Positions 24,401-38,435 of a stretch of DNA of 64,000 nt are shown in pieces. How positions within the stretch are numbered: the first letter of the stretch is position 1; each line of letters starts with the position of its first letter. The translations under genes and the position numbers were made by a program. The stretch lies in the NCBI GenBank assembly GCA_010909165.1, contig VJWM01000202.1, forward strand, positions 292,271 to 356,270, given 5' to 3'. The notes under the pieces are model-generated. The model made no database searches. It was not told the DNA's origin and saw only the letters and a list, made by a program, of their open reading frames with translations. This DNA is from Anthoceros angustus (lineage: Eukaryota > Plantae > Anthocerotophyta).

Positions 24401-27400
24401 AACACTCCTCAATCAATTCCAAATTGGTGTAGGCCCATTGGCGGCCATACACCCATCCTAGTTGGATGTTCTCCTCCTCGCCTTGCGAAAATCAACCAAA
24501 TCTCGGGGTTGAGCTGCCCGCAAAGCAAGTGAATTGGGGCATCAACCTCACCTCACAGCGGTAGCGCTCCACCTTCTTTCCTTCCTCCTCTCGAGGAGCC
24601 TTTGCGGCTCCTTCCCTTGCCTTTTCCACTCGAGGCATGGTGGCGTTCCTTCAAGTGCTCAGGAAGGATTACTCTCCAATTTGAGAGCTTCAAAATTTCA
24701 CCCAACACTCTTCCTTGTTGCGGTAACACACTTCTGCGGCTGCTTAGCCACGGCAGTTTTCATGCTGCCACCTTCTCCGTTGGCCTTCCTTGAGGCGTGC
24801 CGCCACCAATTCTCCTTCAGCTCTCAATTTACCGCCGCGCTCTCTGCTCCGCCTTCTTGGCTCGCTTCACACTTCCTCTTCCGGTGGTTGGTGCGTGGTG
24901 AGCTCCTTCCTTGCTTCGGCACTCGCGCTTTCTTCCTTCACCGGTCTCCCGTCTTGCGCTCTGGGTCTCCTTTTCGATGGGCGCCGCAGCGGCTCCGCCT
25001 CGCTCGGCTTTCCTGGCGATGGCGGCTTTCCTTCTTCTGCGTCTTCGCTCCAACTCCAGCTCTCGTTCTAGCTCTTGGAAGGAGAAGCGGCGCACTTTGC
25101 CTCCTTTGGATATGCACGGCGCGCAACCCTAGATTGGTTCATCATTCCAAAATCCTAATTCTATCTAACTACCTATTTTCCTATCACCTTTCTATCCTAA
25201 TTAACTTCTACTTATATATTTATTCCCTATTGGTGAGCATATATAGTGGATATCCCCTCTATTCTAATTTCCTTTTAGCGAGATTGTCGACCTACCGTGT
25301 GATACGCGACTTACAGCATGATCGCTTCCTTCTCGACCTACGGCGTGTGTGGCGACCTACGGTGATGCCGACCTACCAACCTTTGGATGCCCTCACGCCT
25401 CGTCGGGGTCGTTTGACCCGTTCTTCTTCTGGGATATCCTCTTCATCTTCCTAACAATATCCTACAACTCCGACTTCAAGATTCTCGAAAATTTCTTGGC
25501 ATGCTCCTCTTCAATCGTTCTTAGCCAAAAAAATCAAACTTGTTTTGTCTTGCTCTTTTGGGCTGGTTGCCCAAACTTTTGCGTTCACATACTCCCCACC
25601 TCATCTGTTTGCGTCCTCGCAAACAGCGTACTCAGTGAGGTACCTTCCACCCATTGACTCGGTGGTAATTCGCCCGTGGAGTTACCGGATCCATTCTCGT
25701 ATCTGCGACCACCTCGTAAGGTCCCATCCATCTCCTAAGCTTCCTGGAAAGTCTAGGTACCGACTATCATATAGAAGAACCAAATCCCGTCCACGATAGT
25801 CTCTTGCTTCCTTAACTTCCCATCATGCGATCTTTTACGAGTTCACGAATCCATTGTGTTTCTTCTAAAGCATCCTCCCTATGCTCCTCTGCTCTATGAA
25901 GCTTCTAACCTAGCTACGACTATCCTCTCGGTCATCGTTCATCCTCCATGATCACAGGTAGGTACTTCAAATTCCACGGGCATCACGGTGACATACCATA
26001 TGTTAAATAATATGGTGTCTTCTTTGTGGTTATCTTCTCCATGATCTGTAGGCCCACAATGCGAATGCAACTTAGCATCCCAATCATACATGTGTCCGAT
26101 TACCTTGGTGAGGATTGTGCGAGCAACCCATTCGTCTTCTCCGTCAATCCATTTGCCTTTGGGGTTGTAGGAGTCGTCTTCGATCGGATGTTGAAGTAGG
26201 TGGTTAGGGACTCGGCGACCGAGTTGAGGAAATGTGTCCCCGGTCGTGACCAACTCTAAAGGACATCCATACCTCGTTATGATGTTCTCGAATAAAAATT
26301 TGGCTGCGTCGTCATCCTTCCTCGTGCTTCCACCATCTTTGTACAATAATCCGTAGCCACCAAAATGTCTTCTTAGTCCATTGCGTTGGTGGTTTGATCG
26401 GTCCTCTGATCGATTCCCCACTTCTCGAGCGGTGCTAGCGGTAAGATGTAGGTAAGAGGCCATTGTGTCGACAACGTGGGCCGTCCAACCCTCGACACGC
26501 ATCACACCTCGGTGAACTCCCACATCCTTTTGCATCGTAGCCCACGAATCCCGCATTCAAAATCTTCTTAACGGTCACCTGTAGCGAATAGTGTCCACCT
26601 GCCTCTTCGGCATGTAGCGCCTCCGTGACGAGTGAAGCTTCTTCAGCCGAGGCATCTCGGATCTTCGTCCGGCCCAAGTTTGTACAAGATGCCTTCCCTT
26701 AGGCAATAGGGTGCGGCTTTATGGAGAAAACAGCCCGCCCTTCCTGGACAACCATCCGGCATGATTCCATGCTCCGAGAATTTCGTACTTCACGCTCAAC
26801 AATATCGGCATGAACGCCCCTCGCGTTCTAATCTCCTCCTTCCGGGCATACCACGTCGCCTCCTCCTAGGACGTCCGTTAGTAGCTCCGGATGGCGTGTA
26901 TCCATCCACGGCCGCCTCCTTGCTTCCACCATCTTGTACAATAATCCGTAGCCACCAAAATGTCGCTTCTTAGTCCATTGCGTTGGTGGTTTGATCGGTC
27001 CTCTGATCGATTCCCCACTTCTCGAATGGTGCTAACGGTAAGATGTAGGTAAGAGGCCATTGTGTCGACAACGTGGGCCGTCCAACCCTCGACACGCATC
27101 ACACCTCCGAGTGAACTCCCACACATCCTTTTGCAGGAGCTTACCCCGTGCTACGAGGTGTACCCATCGGCAATCCTTCACGACAAATCGGCTTGTTGAC
27201 AAGATACTTCAACGCAAAATGGTCAACATGAACGCCCCTCGCGTTCCAATCTCCTCCTCCTAGGGCCTTCTCCTCCTCGCGGCCTCATGGCGCTGGCTTG
27301 ACCTCGCCAAGTGTGGGGCCTTCCTCGCTCAAAAGCGGTGCTCTCATGTCCGCTTTTGCTTCCTTTTGCCAACGTGGCCTCCACTTGCAGCCCTCACTGC

Positions 27401-30400
27401 TCACCCTTGAGGAGCATTCAGCCTCCTCCTTGCGCCCATGCTGGCGCCATCCTATCTCCTCGGTTCCAGTTGTCCTGCTGCGGCTTTTCACACTGGCTCC
27501 CTTCTTGCTCATTTGGCCTCTCTGTTGGCAACAAGACTTGCTGATCAATTCTTAGGCCGTCTACAACATGCTCACGTCCTCCCCCTTTGACCCAGTCGTG
27601 GCAACCAACTCCTCGTCAGGAAATCGGTCATCTGTGGCCTCAAGTCGCTCTCCAGTTTTCAGGCGAGAAATGAAATCAGCATTCTGATGTTGCTTCCCTG
27701 GCCTAGTCTCCACGTCGTAGTCAAATTCTTGCAGCAGTAGTACCCATCTGGCAATCCTTCCTGACAAATCTGGCTTGTTGACAAGATACTTCAACGCAAA
27801 ATGGTCAACATGAAACGTCACCTTGCAAGCAAGCAGATAGTGTCTAAACTTCTTACAGGAGTAAATGATACCAAGACCCTCCCGCTCTGTGGTTGAGTAG
27901 TTCTTTTCAGCATCCGTGAGCTGTCTACGCATAGAAAATCGGATGATCCCGTTTCTTCTCGTCCTTCTGGCTTAAGACGGTCCCAATGGCATAAGCGGAC
28001 ACATCCACGTATACATGAAACGGCTTCTCCCAGTCTGGCGGCTGTAATGTTGGCGCGCTCACCAAGCTGTCCTTCAGCTGCTGAAAAGCCTCCTGTCTTG
28101 CATTGGTCCATTCGAAGGGTGTATCCTTCTTGGTCAATTGTGTCAACAAGGCGCCTTCTTGGCGAAATCCTTGATGAACCTCCTGTAATACCCTACGAGT
28201 CCTACAAAAGCTACTTTGCCTCACCGTTTGTGGTGCGTCCATCTCGACTATGCTACCTTCTCCTTATCTACCTGCAATCCTCGCTCACGAAACTCGATGT
28301 GCTAACAAAATGCCCTCCATCATGCCAAAATAACACTTCCCCGGATGAAGTTTCATGTTCGACTCTCTGCATTTCTGGAAACATTGCCTCAAATGGTCTA
28401 GATGCAGGTTTCTCCTCCCAAACACGAAATCATCCAGGAATACCTCCATGAACTTCCTCAGAAAATCTCGGAATATCGCGTTCACCACACTCTGGAAAGT
28501 GGCAGGGGCATTGCACAATCCGAAGGGGAGCTTCGAATAAGCGTAAGTTCCCCAATCCGTTGTGAACGTTGTCTTGTCCTGATCCTCCTTCCGCAGCGAA
28601 ATCTGATTGTACCCAGAATACCCGTCCAAGAAACTGTACATCTCATGTCCGGCCTGCTGTCCATGAAAGGTAAAGGGTGATGATCCTTCTTCGTTGCTTC
28701 ATTGAGCTTCCTGAAATCTTGACACACTCGAACCTTTCCCTGCTGCTTCTTTGGTACAATCACGATGGGCGACCCACTCCTTTGGTGAGCCGGATAAATC
28801 ACCCACCTCCAAGTATTGGTCGGTGATCCTTAACAACCATGGAATACTTGGGATTCGGCTGTATTGCTTGATCCTCAGTCTTGCCCTCCTTCAAGTCGAT
28901 TCGATGTATCCCAGTTCTTCGGTATCCTGTCATGTCGGTAATCTTGAAGGCAAACACATCGACATACTCCCTAAGCACCCTCTGAAACTCTTCTTTTCTA
29001 CCGCCTAGGTACTTAGAAATCTTGACTACCTTGCTAGGTTCTAACTCTAGGTCTTCTACGGATCTACATATGTTCCTCTACCTGCTATACCGGTTCCGGA
29101 CCCTCCCGAAAATCTCGATCATAGGCCTACCCTTCCAAAAGGCTACACCTTCCTATGTGCCTCATCCTCGACTCTCTACTTTCCTCTATATGTAAACAGT
29201 ACACCAAATCACTCTTTATTTCGGCGAGATCAAAGACCCCGATATGCTTGGTCACGCCCGAGGAGCTTACCCGTGCTACCCGAGGTGTACCCACAGATTG
29301 CGACTTCATGGGAGCCTTGCCCCATGACACAAAAGCATCGCCGCAGTCCGTTCATCGGACTTGAAGGTGATGCCACTACGACCAAAATCAAAACACACGC
29401 AGACCATACAACCAAGGCCTACCTATCAAAACCTTATAGCCTAACCAAACCGCCGCATCACAATGTAGGTAAGATGGAAGGTGAGACCCCAATCACTACA
29501 TTCTCAAGACCCCCAATGGCTTCCTCCTTGTCCGTCGGCCATCCGTAAAAATACCGGGCCGGGTGAAACTTGAACCAAGTTGATGAGCTCCTCCGTCATC
29601 AAGTTGACTCGATCCGAATCTAATGGCACATTGGGCACCAAACACCCCGCAATCTCAACCTCAATCTCGGTGCCCCTAAATCAACGAGTTCGACCACATT
29701 TACCTCACCGCTTTCTCCTCACCGCTTGTGATTCCCCGATCGCCTCCTTCACAATTTTGCGGGATCTTGACTCACCGCAAGCAATCGCTCTCGACCACAA
29801 CGGTCAAGTAATGCGTCAAACCGAGATCTTATCCGACAAGTTTCCTCCCGCAGCCACTGGTCGATTCCGACCTTATTGGTAAAGTCGATTCCATGACCCT
29901 CCTCATCGGGGATCCATACCCGTGGATCCACCGGCCCGACCTCCACCTTCCTGTCGGGTGAGCTGTTAGCTCATCCTCCAAAGATTGCCGCCACTAATGT
30001 CGGGAGGAACGCACTGCCTCCTCCTTTGGCCCTTCGTTCCGCCCACCGGGGTAGTCCCGGTCTATCAGGGTGCCGATCACCGGGTAGTCCGCCACCCGCC
30101 TGGGCTGGGTGGGTCCGCTCGCCTCTCACCCGAACGCTGCGGCCTCCGGAGGCCAAGGTGAGTCGCCCTCACCTTCCTCCGCTTCCTCGTGCTCACGCTG
30201 CTTTTCCGCATCCGCCCTTCTCTCGACGGCCGACCGTGGTCACCGCCACCACCATCAACCTTCATCCGCGCCATCTCTCCTTCATCCTTCCTCCACACCC
30301 GGCCACCGAATCGCCGAAATCAACTCGCCTCCACCTTCAACACCGGGGTTACCGTGGAATGCGGTCTGGATTGGCCTCTTCCGGTGCTCGTGAACTCGAC

Positions 30401-31539
30401 CGGTCGGCCTGGTGTCACTCGGCCACCCCGTGCACCGGATCCCCATTTTATGTCCCAATTCCTTACATACCGGCAAAAGGGCACATAACCCACTTGCTTC
30501 CGTGGTTCGGGCATTCGTTTGAGTAGTGACCTGGGCTCGCAATTATAACAACATCCGTGGAATTGCCATGCCTTGTGATGGATCTGGTCTCCATTGTCCC
30601 GGCGATGTCGGACGTGATCCATACCTTGAGGGAACTGTAGTCGGTTGGTAAGCCCTCATTGATTGAGGTGGCCGACTTCGACCGCCACGGTAGGCCCACA
30701 TACCAATAATCTCGGCATAACGGTTTCCACATGATTTACGTCGTCGCGAATACATTCTTTGGTGTGTCCCGCTTTTGATGATGAGCAATACACCAACCGG
30801 CCTCTGAAGGAGATCTTCGTGGAGCTTGATTCTTCACGCCTTGACCTCCAACTCGGTCAACCTCTTGGTCAAAGCCTCCACTTGTCCAAAGGCAATCCCT
30901 CCTCTGCTGCAGACGTTTCTCCTTCTCTCCATCCGACTTGTCAATTATCAACAGCATCTCTTTATTTCGAAGCACCAATCTCCTTACAATTTTATGAAGA
31001 TTACAGAGGAGCCAAGCCGTGGATTGGGGAACTATAACATGAGTGAGGTACATCCACCATAGGGAGAATCTTCTCAAGCCCAACACGGTGGATGAGGGAG
31101 GTGCTAGTCTTGCCACTTCCTCAAAGCACTCCACTTGGTACATTTCAGTGGAGATGGAGGGGCTCTAACCGGCCATGCTTTCAGAAGATGCTCTCGCATC
31201 CTTTTAAATTTTTTCACCCTGCCAAGCTTGGAGAGACCCTTACCCTTTGCTTTGAGGAAGACCCTGGGAGGGCAAACTTCTTCAAGCGCCCCAAAAAATG
31301 CTTTATACGCTTGAGTCTCCAAGAACACCTATGTATTATCAGTTAGCTATTTGGGCTTCCTCAGGCAATGCCTATGTACTTGAACAATCAAGTCAATGCT
31401 ATCGATCTAGGAATTTTGCCGGGCTGCAACCTGTACCCTACTTCTAATCAGATCGGAAATTGAAAAAACATAGACACACAAATTCCGCTCTCTAAAGAAT
31501 TTGGCAGATTGTAAACTGCAACGGCTAAGGACCCCTGGA
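20223..31539 (-). mobile_element. Ty3/gypsy retrotransposon, non-chromoviral (Athila/Phygy-like), 5' LTR missing
   Basis: Gag knuckle CYNC-PGHYSNECP ~30510-30555, protease ~29570-29680, RT YSFLDGYSGYNQI...PFGLCNAPATFQ...FLDD (28285-28800), RNase H EKNYSTTEREGLG (27561-28242), integrase FLFENIITRYGCPLEL (~25940-26700), long 3' region, PPT and 3' LTR. Confidence 0.9.
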
Positions 31540-31809
31540 TGTTAGGTCCGGTGTATTAGCCTACTTATACTGGCTAGAGTCTCAGAATCACGCCCGGCAC
31601 CACCCAGAAACAATACACAATCAAGCAAATTGCTCAAACCTTTCAAGGTCCTGATTTCGTAATTCAAAGAAAATCACAAAGCAAGTGTCTCGCTCCTAGT
31701 AGCAAAGACCCCTCTAGGCACGATTTTGAATATTGAGGACTCCAAGCCCTCATCGCGGCCCTCTTGTTGGCGTTCGTCATCACCTTCACGCCTCCAAATC
31801 ACTGCTCGT

Positions 31810-34800
31810 CAGAACTTTATATGCTAACAATGAATCACAAGCATGCACACAAAAGAGTTGTAGATTAAAGAACAAAGTTCACTATACATATGTTACGGCA
31901 AGCAGCTTGTAATCAAGCTATGAAAGACCTAACCACCTAAAGTATAACCCTAAGAGTATAGGCAATGTACTAACAACTAACATTTATTTATTTAACAATC
32001 CCACTCATTGCATACTTCTTAGTTATATAAGCATGCTAAACCCATTGAACACAATCCGTATCAACAACACGGGAGTAACGAGGAAACGAGGAAAACACAC
32101 AGACTCGCTTCAGCTCCCACTCTCGCGTGCCGCCTTCAAGTCCCCAGCTTCAAAAACCAAAGTTGGAGCGTCAAGCACCAACCACTGTAGCAAGCCGCGA
32201 ATACCTGAGGCGCCGACACTCGAGAAGATGGTGCACAGCGTAGCCATGTTGGGAACTGCTCGCCAGCCAATCTCGGTCGACAGCTCTGAAGACGAAGACA
32301 AGGCCTGCCGACACACAAAGCTCGAGCAAGAGGAGTACAGAGAAGCACAATTGTGGTGCAATCGCACACAAACCAACACCCAGCCGCTGAGAGCCTCGCC
32401 ACATCGCTGCTTGTCTTGCTCCACATCCAGCTCCACGCCATAATAACGCCACCGTTGAAGCTCCGAGGTGTGTGTGCCCAGAACAACGCTCTTGCCCACG
32501 GCCATCACGTGCCCAAAGTGGTGAGACAGTCGAGCGAGAGGCTGTGCGCATCAAAGATGCAATCGGATGAGGAGAGTGCACCAGATGGAAGAGCGTGAGG
32601 CTCTTCACATTCATGAGATCTCAACCCTCCGAAGACGTGCTGCCGGACAAGCTCCTCGGCCGAATCCTTCCATGCACTGTCTTATTGCTCCAAGGCCCCA
32701 CTTCCGTTACAGCTGTCACCGCTTGGGCTCAACGCAAGAAACTTCCTCCACCGAATGAAGACGAGTATGTGGTCATGCCTGCGCCACACAACCCAAGGCC
32801 CTTCACTCTGCCTAGAGGACACAGGGCCAAGATTGTGAGACTGTTGACTGATGGAAATGGGATTGATGACCCTCTCACGCCTGAAGCCTACGTCTGTTCA
32901 ATTACTGGAATTGCTATGGTGAGAGAGAGCTGGTTCAAATGGGGTGGAGAGAACGGAAACTTCATTACCTTTTACAGTAAGTTCTCATGCTCCTCTGTTT
33001 GATACTTACCACTATTATTGTGGTTTGAGGAATGCACTAAACCTACAACCCGACAGTTGCTTGGTCATCCATGTAGTGTCTCGACAAAGAAATGTAAGAG
33101 AGAGTATGGGAAGGACCTAAGACATAATTTAGGAGCCAATCAATGACTTGACCCTAACTTCCTAGAGTTGCTTAGAAGAGAGCCATGTGGTGACAAACTG
33201 CAGCTTTTTCTGCGTGAACCGCATAAGAGTTCGTTCGGTAGTCCGAGACCTTCTAAGTGTAAAGTAGGTAGCTCTTCAAAGCACTGTACAGTCAGGATAC
33301 CAAACATTGCTAAGTTGACAGGTAAGAGGAGTCAAGGACTCCTAGTGACTCTTTGAACTGCAAATGTTTTACCTTCGGAAGAGCTTTGGTCAAGAGATCA
33401 GCTGCATTTGAGTCTGTGGGTATATACACAAGATGTATCTGACCTTTTGATACTGCATGTCGTATGAAGTGGTGATGCACCTCTATATGCTTGGTTCCTC
33501 GCATGAAGGACATGGTTCTGAGCAAGTGAAAGGGCAGACTGATTATCACAATTGTTGTTGGTTGTGTCTGCTCCTGGCCTAAATCCTTGAGAAGTCTTCT
33601 CAACCATATGCCTTCCTTTGCAGCTTGAGTCAGGGCAGAATACTCTGCCTCAGTAGAGGATAACGACATTGTGGCTTGCTTTTTCGAAGACCAGGTTATT
33701 ACCCCTCCAGCTAGCAAAAATGCGTATGCAGAAACGGACTTCCTGGTGTCTGGATTCGCCGCCCAGTCAGCATCACAATAACCCAACAAGGTTAGTGGCT
33801 CACCCTCATATGACTGCTTGGTGTAGTGGATGCCATGCTTACTCGTACCCTTGAGGTACCTTAGAATCCTCTTAACAGCCGACCAGTGGGACTTGCCAAG
33901 CTCCTTAAGAAACTGTGAGGCTCAAGGCATCTAAGGTAGTGAAATATCAGCCCTGCATGGATTATGTAAGATAAGTGACCCCACTGCTTGTGAATAAGGG
34001 ACACCCTCCATCTCCTGCTTATCTGTCAGAATCGGCGATTGCTCAATGCTTAACTCTTTCTTCCATGGGTGTTGTCACGACTTTGCATCCATCAACTTCT
34101 ATATTTATAAAGCATATCAAATATGTATTTCTCCTGATGTATGATGAGTGTGCCACTTGACGGGTCTCGGAGCAACTGTGTACCCAAGCAAAGGACAGCT
34201 CCCCGATATCAACCATGTCAAATTCACATAAGAGAGCCTTAACTCTTAATTCCTTCCGTGTCAAGATCCACAAAAACACAATCATCGACATATAGAGCTA
34301 ACACTACAAATCCTGCTTTGTCTTGTAGAAAGTACACATTGAGCCGTCCACTTTGACAAAACCAAGGTCAAGGAGAAACTCGTCGATGCATTGATACCAG
34401 GCTCTGGGAGACTGCTTCAACCCATAGATAGTCTTCAGAAGTTTGCAGACCCAGTCCTCCCGTCCATCAGCTTCATAGCCCTCCGGCTGTGCCATATATA
34501 TTTCTTCCTCCAACTTACCATGAAGAAAAGCTGTTTTCACATCCATCTGGTGGATGAATAAGGCGAAGAATGCTGACATGGCAAACAGAGCACGAAGGGA
34601 TTGCGCCTTCACCACCGGGGAAAAGGTATCATGGTAGTCTAACCCTGGCACCGAGAAAACCCTCTAGCAACTAGACTCACTTTGTACACCCATTTATCAC
34701 CGACAATCTTCCTCCCCTTAGGCGGGGGACAAAGCTCCCATGTTTGATTGTGGATAAGAGAGTCATACTCGGAGGTAACAGCAGCAATCCAATGACGAGA

Positions 34801-37800
34801 TTCAGGACCAGAAACGGCCTCCTTATATGATTGCGGCTCATAGCCAGGCTGCAAAGCAAGGTGAACAAACTCTCCGACAATCTCATCAGGATTTACTCCC
34901 ACTGCACGAGGAACTGGTGGATTCCTACGAGTACGCCAGCCGTCAGCCTCATACGGCTTTTCTGCCCACTGATCTCTGCCCCTATGTGGCCTTGCAGATC
35001 GGCGAGGAGGAGCAGCATAAGGATCAGGGGGAGGAATGACATACTCGAGGGGATCATCAACATCTGGATCGATTGCTGGAAGAACAGGAAGATCGGCAAC
35101 ATCTTCAACCTTAGCGGCATCAGCAGCATCTGGTGGATCAGGATCAAGAGGAACTGACGGAGCAGGTGGAAAAGTAGGTTCAGGACCTGCAGATTGAGAG
35201 GGATCTACTGCAGGAAAATCCACTATGTCCATCATGTCAGTATCAAATTCCTCTAATGAACCTTCAATATCTGACTACCGCGTGAACAAGAGTCATGAGG
35301 AGTGGTCAGATGACGCTCATCAAAAGCTATTGTACGAGCATGAACTATGACGGGAAGCTGGTTCAAAACAATTTATACCCATGAATACGGTGTGTATCCT
35401 ATGAACACATGTCTTTAGATTTGAAAGCAAACTTCGCCTAAGCTTATCTGAATATGGGCATAAGTCTGCACAAAACTCCGAGATGTGAAATGTCGGGCTT
35501 CACCCCGTCAGGACTCAAAAGGTGTATACAATGGGAAGGGAGGACACGCTAGCCGATTCTCGCAGAGCAAGTAGTCATCAATACCAAACGAATAGGCAGC
35601 CTCCCGAAAAAGTAGAGCCCGGCGCATCTTGATCGTCTCCTGTCACGCTCGCTCTTCCATTCATGTCCGAATGATAAGGGATAGTGTTGCCTTGTAATGC
35701 CATGTTCTCGACAAAACTCCACGGAATGTCACAGATACTCCTTCCCATTGTCCGAGCGGATACTTAACACTTGTAATCTTCGACGCTCGCATACATGCTG
35801 TATCTCTTAAAGCTATCAAACACATCGCTTTATGCTTGAACTCGCAAATGTGAAATGCTTTTGTCATCTTCAAAACAACAAAGTATTTTGCTCCCAACTA
35901 GGAGTTGACATTGGGCCACAGATATCGCATTGGACTAGATCTAACACTCGTGGATTTTCGAGGTCTCCCGCAATCAAGTGAGATTTGAAGCCATGCACGC
36001 AAGCAACACAAAGATCGAGATCGGGTAAGTCGGATCAAAAACTCAGAACCATCTTCTCCTTCAAAAGACGCCGCATTGCTTGAATATTGGGATGACCTAA
36101 CCCACAAGGTGCCATCTAAAAGCAACTCGAGTTTTACTAATCGAAACTCGATACTTGAACCGACTGTGATGTGTTTAAGGCAAAATCTAAGAGATACAAA
36201 TCATACAGAGGGAGTACCTCTAGCAATAACCAAGGGCACTGGCCAGTAATGACACACTCTAGTCCTTCAAACAAAATACGGTATCGACCGCTTTTTTAAG
36301 GCCATGGTGCTAACCAAATTTTCTTAAGTGTCGAGACATGTAGGACATTTTCTAACTCCCATGTCTTCCCATTTTGCAAAGTTACTATGATGTATCCCAT
36401 TCCTCAATGGGTATATTTGAGTTATCCTAGAACAACCGCGCCGACTAGGAGATACATTGTACTTAACAAAGGCATTCTTAGAGGAACACATATGGTTTGA
36501 CGCACCACTGTCCAAGAACCACTGATTCCTACCCTTCGACACTGAAGATAGACAGTAACCAGGTGTTGTTGCGCCTCACACGTTAGATTCATGTTGCTTG
36601 CCTTTCCCGCATCATCTCTCTGCTTCTTCCTACAGCCTCTAATCCAATGACCCGGCTTGTGCGAGTTGCACACACTGTTTTTTTTGCCGGGTCAGGATTG
36701 AGCCGAAGACTCAGAGTTGGACGCTTGTCCTCTACCCTTCCAAAGCTTCCCGCCCACGCCTCTCGAACCTCGCACGACTGCGCCAAGAAAAGAGTCAGCT
36801 TTATGCCATGGGTAGAGCTAGAACCTCCTTTGTTCATGTGTTTCTATTGGCCTCCGTCGCAGGAGAGAGCACCAACAAGTTTCAACTGTGAGATTCAGAA
36901 TCGCAGTGTGGTATGGCCGGAGGACTGTGGCGAGTCTCAATACTAGAGCTCCAAATTTCGTAGCTTGGAGGAAGGCTCATCAGGAATTGAACTGCTGCCC
37001 TCCCCTCGGATAGGATCACTCCACAAGCCGCCTTGGCTCTTGCCGCTCTAAACCTGGCCACATGACTCTCTACTGAGTCACTTTCCTTCATGCGCAGGTT
37101 CTGAAAATGGCTTGTTGCTGCTGCCTCCGAGATGACATCTTTAGATTCATAAGTGTCATTCAGTAAAGACCAAACTTCATGTGAGAATTTAGTCAGTTTG
37201 ATATGTGGAATCATCTCCTGAGAAACTGATCCCACAAGGATCGTCCTAGCTTTGCGATCCTTGGTATGCCAATCAAGCTCATCCCCAGCCTTCCTATTAA
37301 CTCCTCCAGAGTCGCAGCCGAGTCTTGGCACAAGAACACTGGGATCGAGCCATCGCTAACATCCATAAGTAGTTTCTTTCCTCAGAATACACCTCACCCA
37401 AAGGACCTGCATCAAAGTTATTAGGGGTGAGTCTGCTTTCTTGTAGACGCGTCGAGGATTGATCCGCCGCCATGATGCTCGTGACTGAGAGAACTACTGC
37501 AGGTTCTCAAGCAAGACATCTTTGCCCTAAGCTCATCAATTTACGGCTTCGATTTCTAATTCGCCGTCATGAATAAAACTCGATTCACTCAATTTCTAGA
37601 CGATCAAGACGTTTTGATAAGATGTCTACTCTTAGAGAGGTTTCTAAGACAGAAGACTTGACATTCAAGAGAGAATTGAGAAGAGAATCAAACTATTTCA
37701 GATCTTCTTGTGAACGGTAGGGTTTACAGGATCTACGCCTGCATGGAGATGACTGCTTCAGTGTTGTAAATTGCCGAGCAGGAGATGTCCGATCCCCGGA

Positions 37801-38435
37801 CATCGACCATCTTCTTGTGAACGGTAGGGTTTAGGGATCTACGCTGCATCATGAGATGATCTTGTGTAAATTGCCGAGCAGGAGATATCTGCCCCTTAAT
37901 CACGCGTTGGATTGGATGATTAAAGAATCAGAATGCTTTCAAGAAACGCACCGCTTCTCCGAATCGAGATAGTGATTTCTTGAAGTACGGCTCAAACTCC
38001 TCACCAAACACTCATTCGATATAGGTTGTTGCTCGCCTCGCTATTCCTAGCGCCGCCTCACCTGCAAGCACCCTTCCGAGGCATGATGCCTTAACCACAT
38101 CAGACCACGCACATTCTGCTCACTTGCCTAAAGAAGACATTTTTAAGAGTCAAGAACCGAAAATGTATTTAGGCAATTATGTACAGATGATTCATCTGAT
38201 CATCATTATGAGCAGGGCACAGAAATCGCTCTGCTCTGATACCATGTAAACTTTATGTGCTAACAATGAATCACAAGCATGCACACAAAAGAGTTGTAGA
38301 TTAAAGAACAAAGTTCACTATACATATGTGCCAATGGCACAAGCAGTTGTAACTGCTATGAAAGACCTAACCACCTAAAGTATAACCCTAAGAGTATAGG
38401 CAATGTACCAACAACTAACATTTATTTATTTAACA
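31810..38435 (-). mobile_element. Ty1/copia LTR retrotransposon 2, full-length structure, frameshifted
   Basis: ~190-bp LTRs at 38245-38435 and ~31810-31997; PBS TGGTATCAGAGC (38233-38244); PPT ~31998-32010; gag 36882-37470; WFLDSGASNHM; RT HQMDVKTAFLHG...YGLKQSPRAW; RNase H GYCDADWA...SSTEAEY...TKHIEVHHHFIR. Confidence 0.95.
38233..38244 (-). promoter_or_regulatory. Primer binding site (initiator tRNA-Met) of copia 2
   Basis: gctctgatacca immediately inside the 5' LTR. Confidence 0.95.

Noticed and set aside
24534-25454. 306-aa + strand ORF
   Set aside because: Low-complexity antisense frame of the gypsy 3' region with no recognisable motif.
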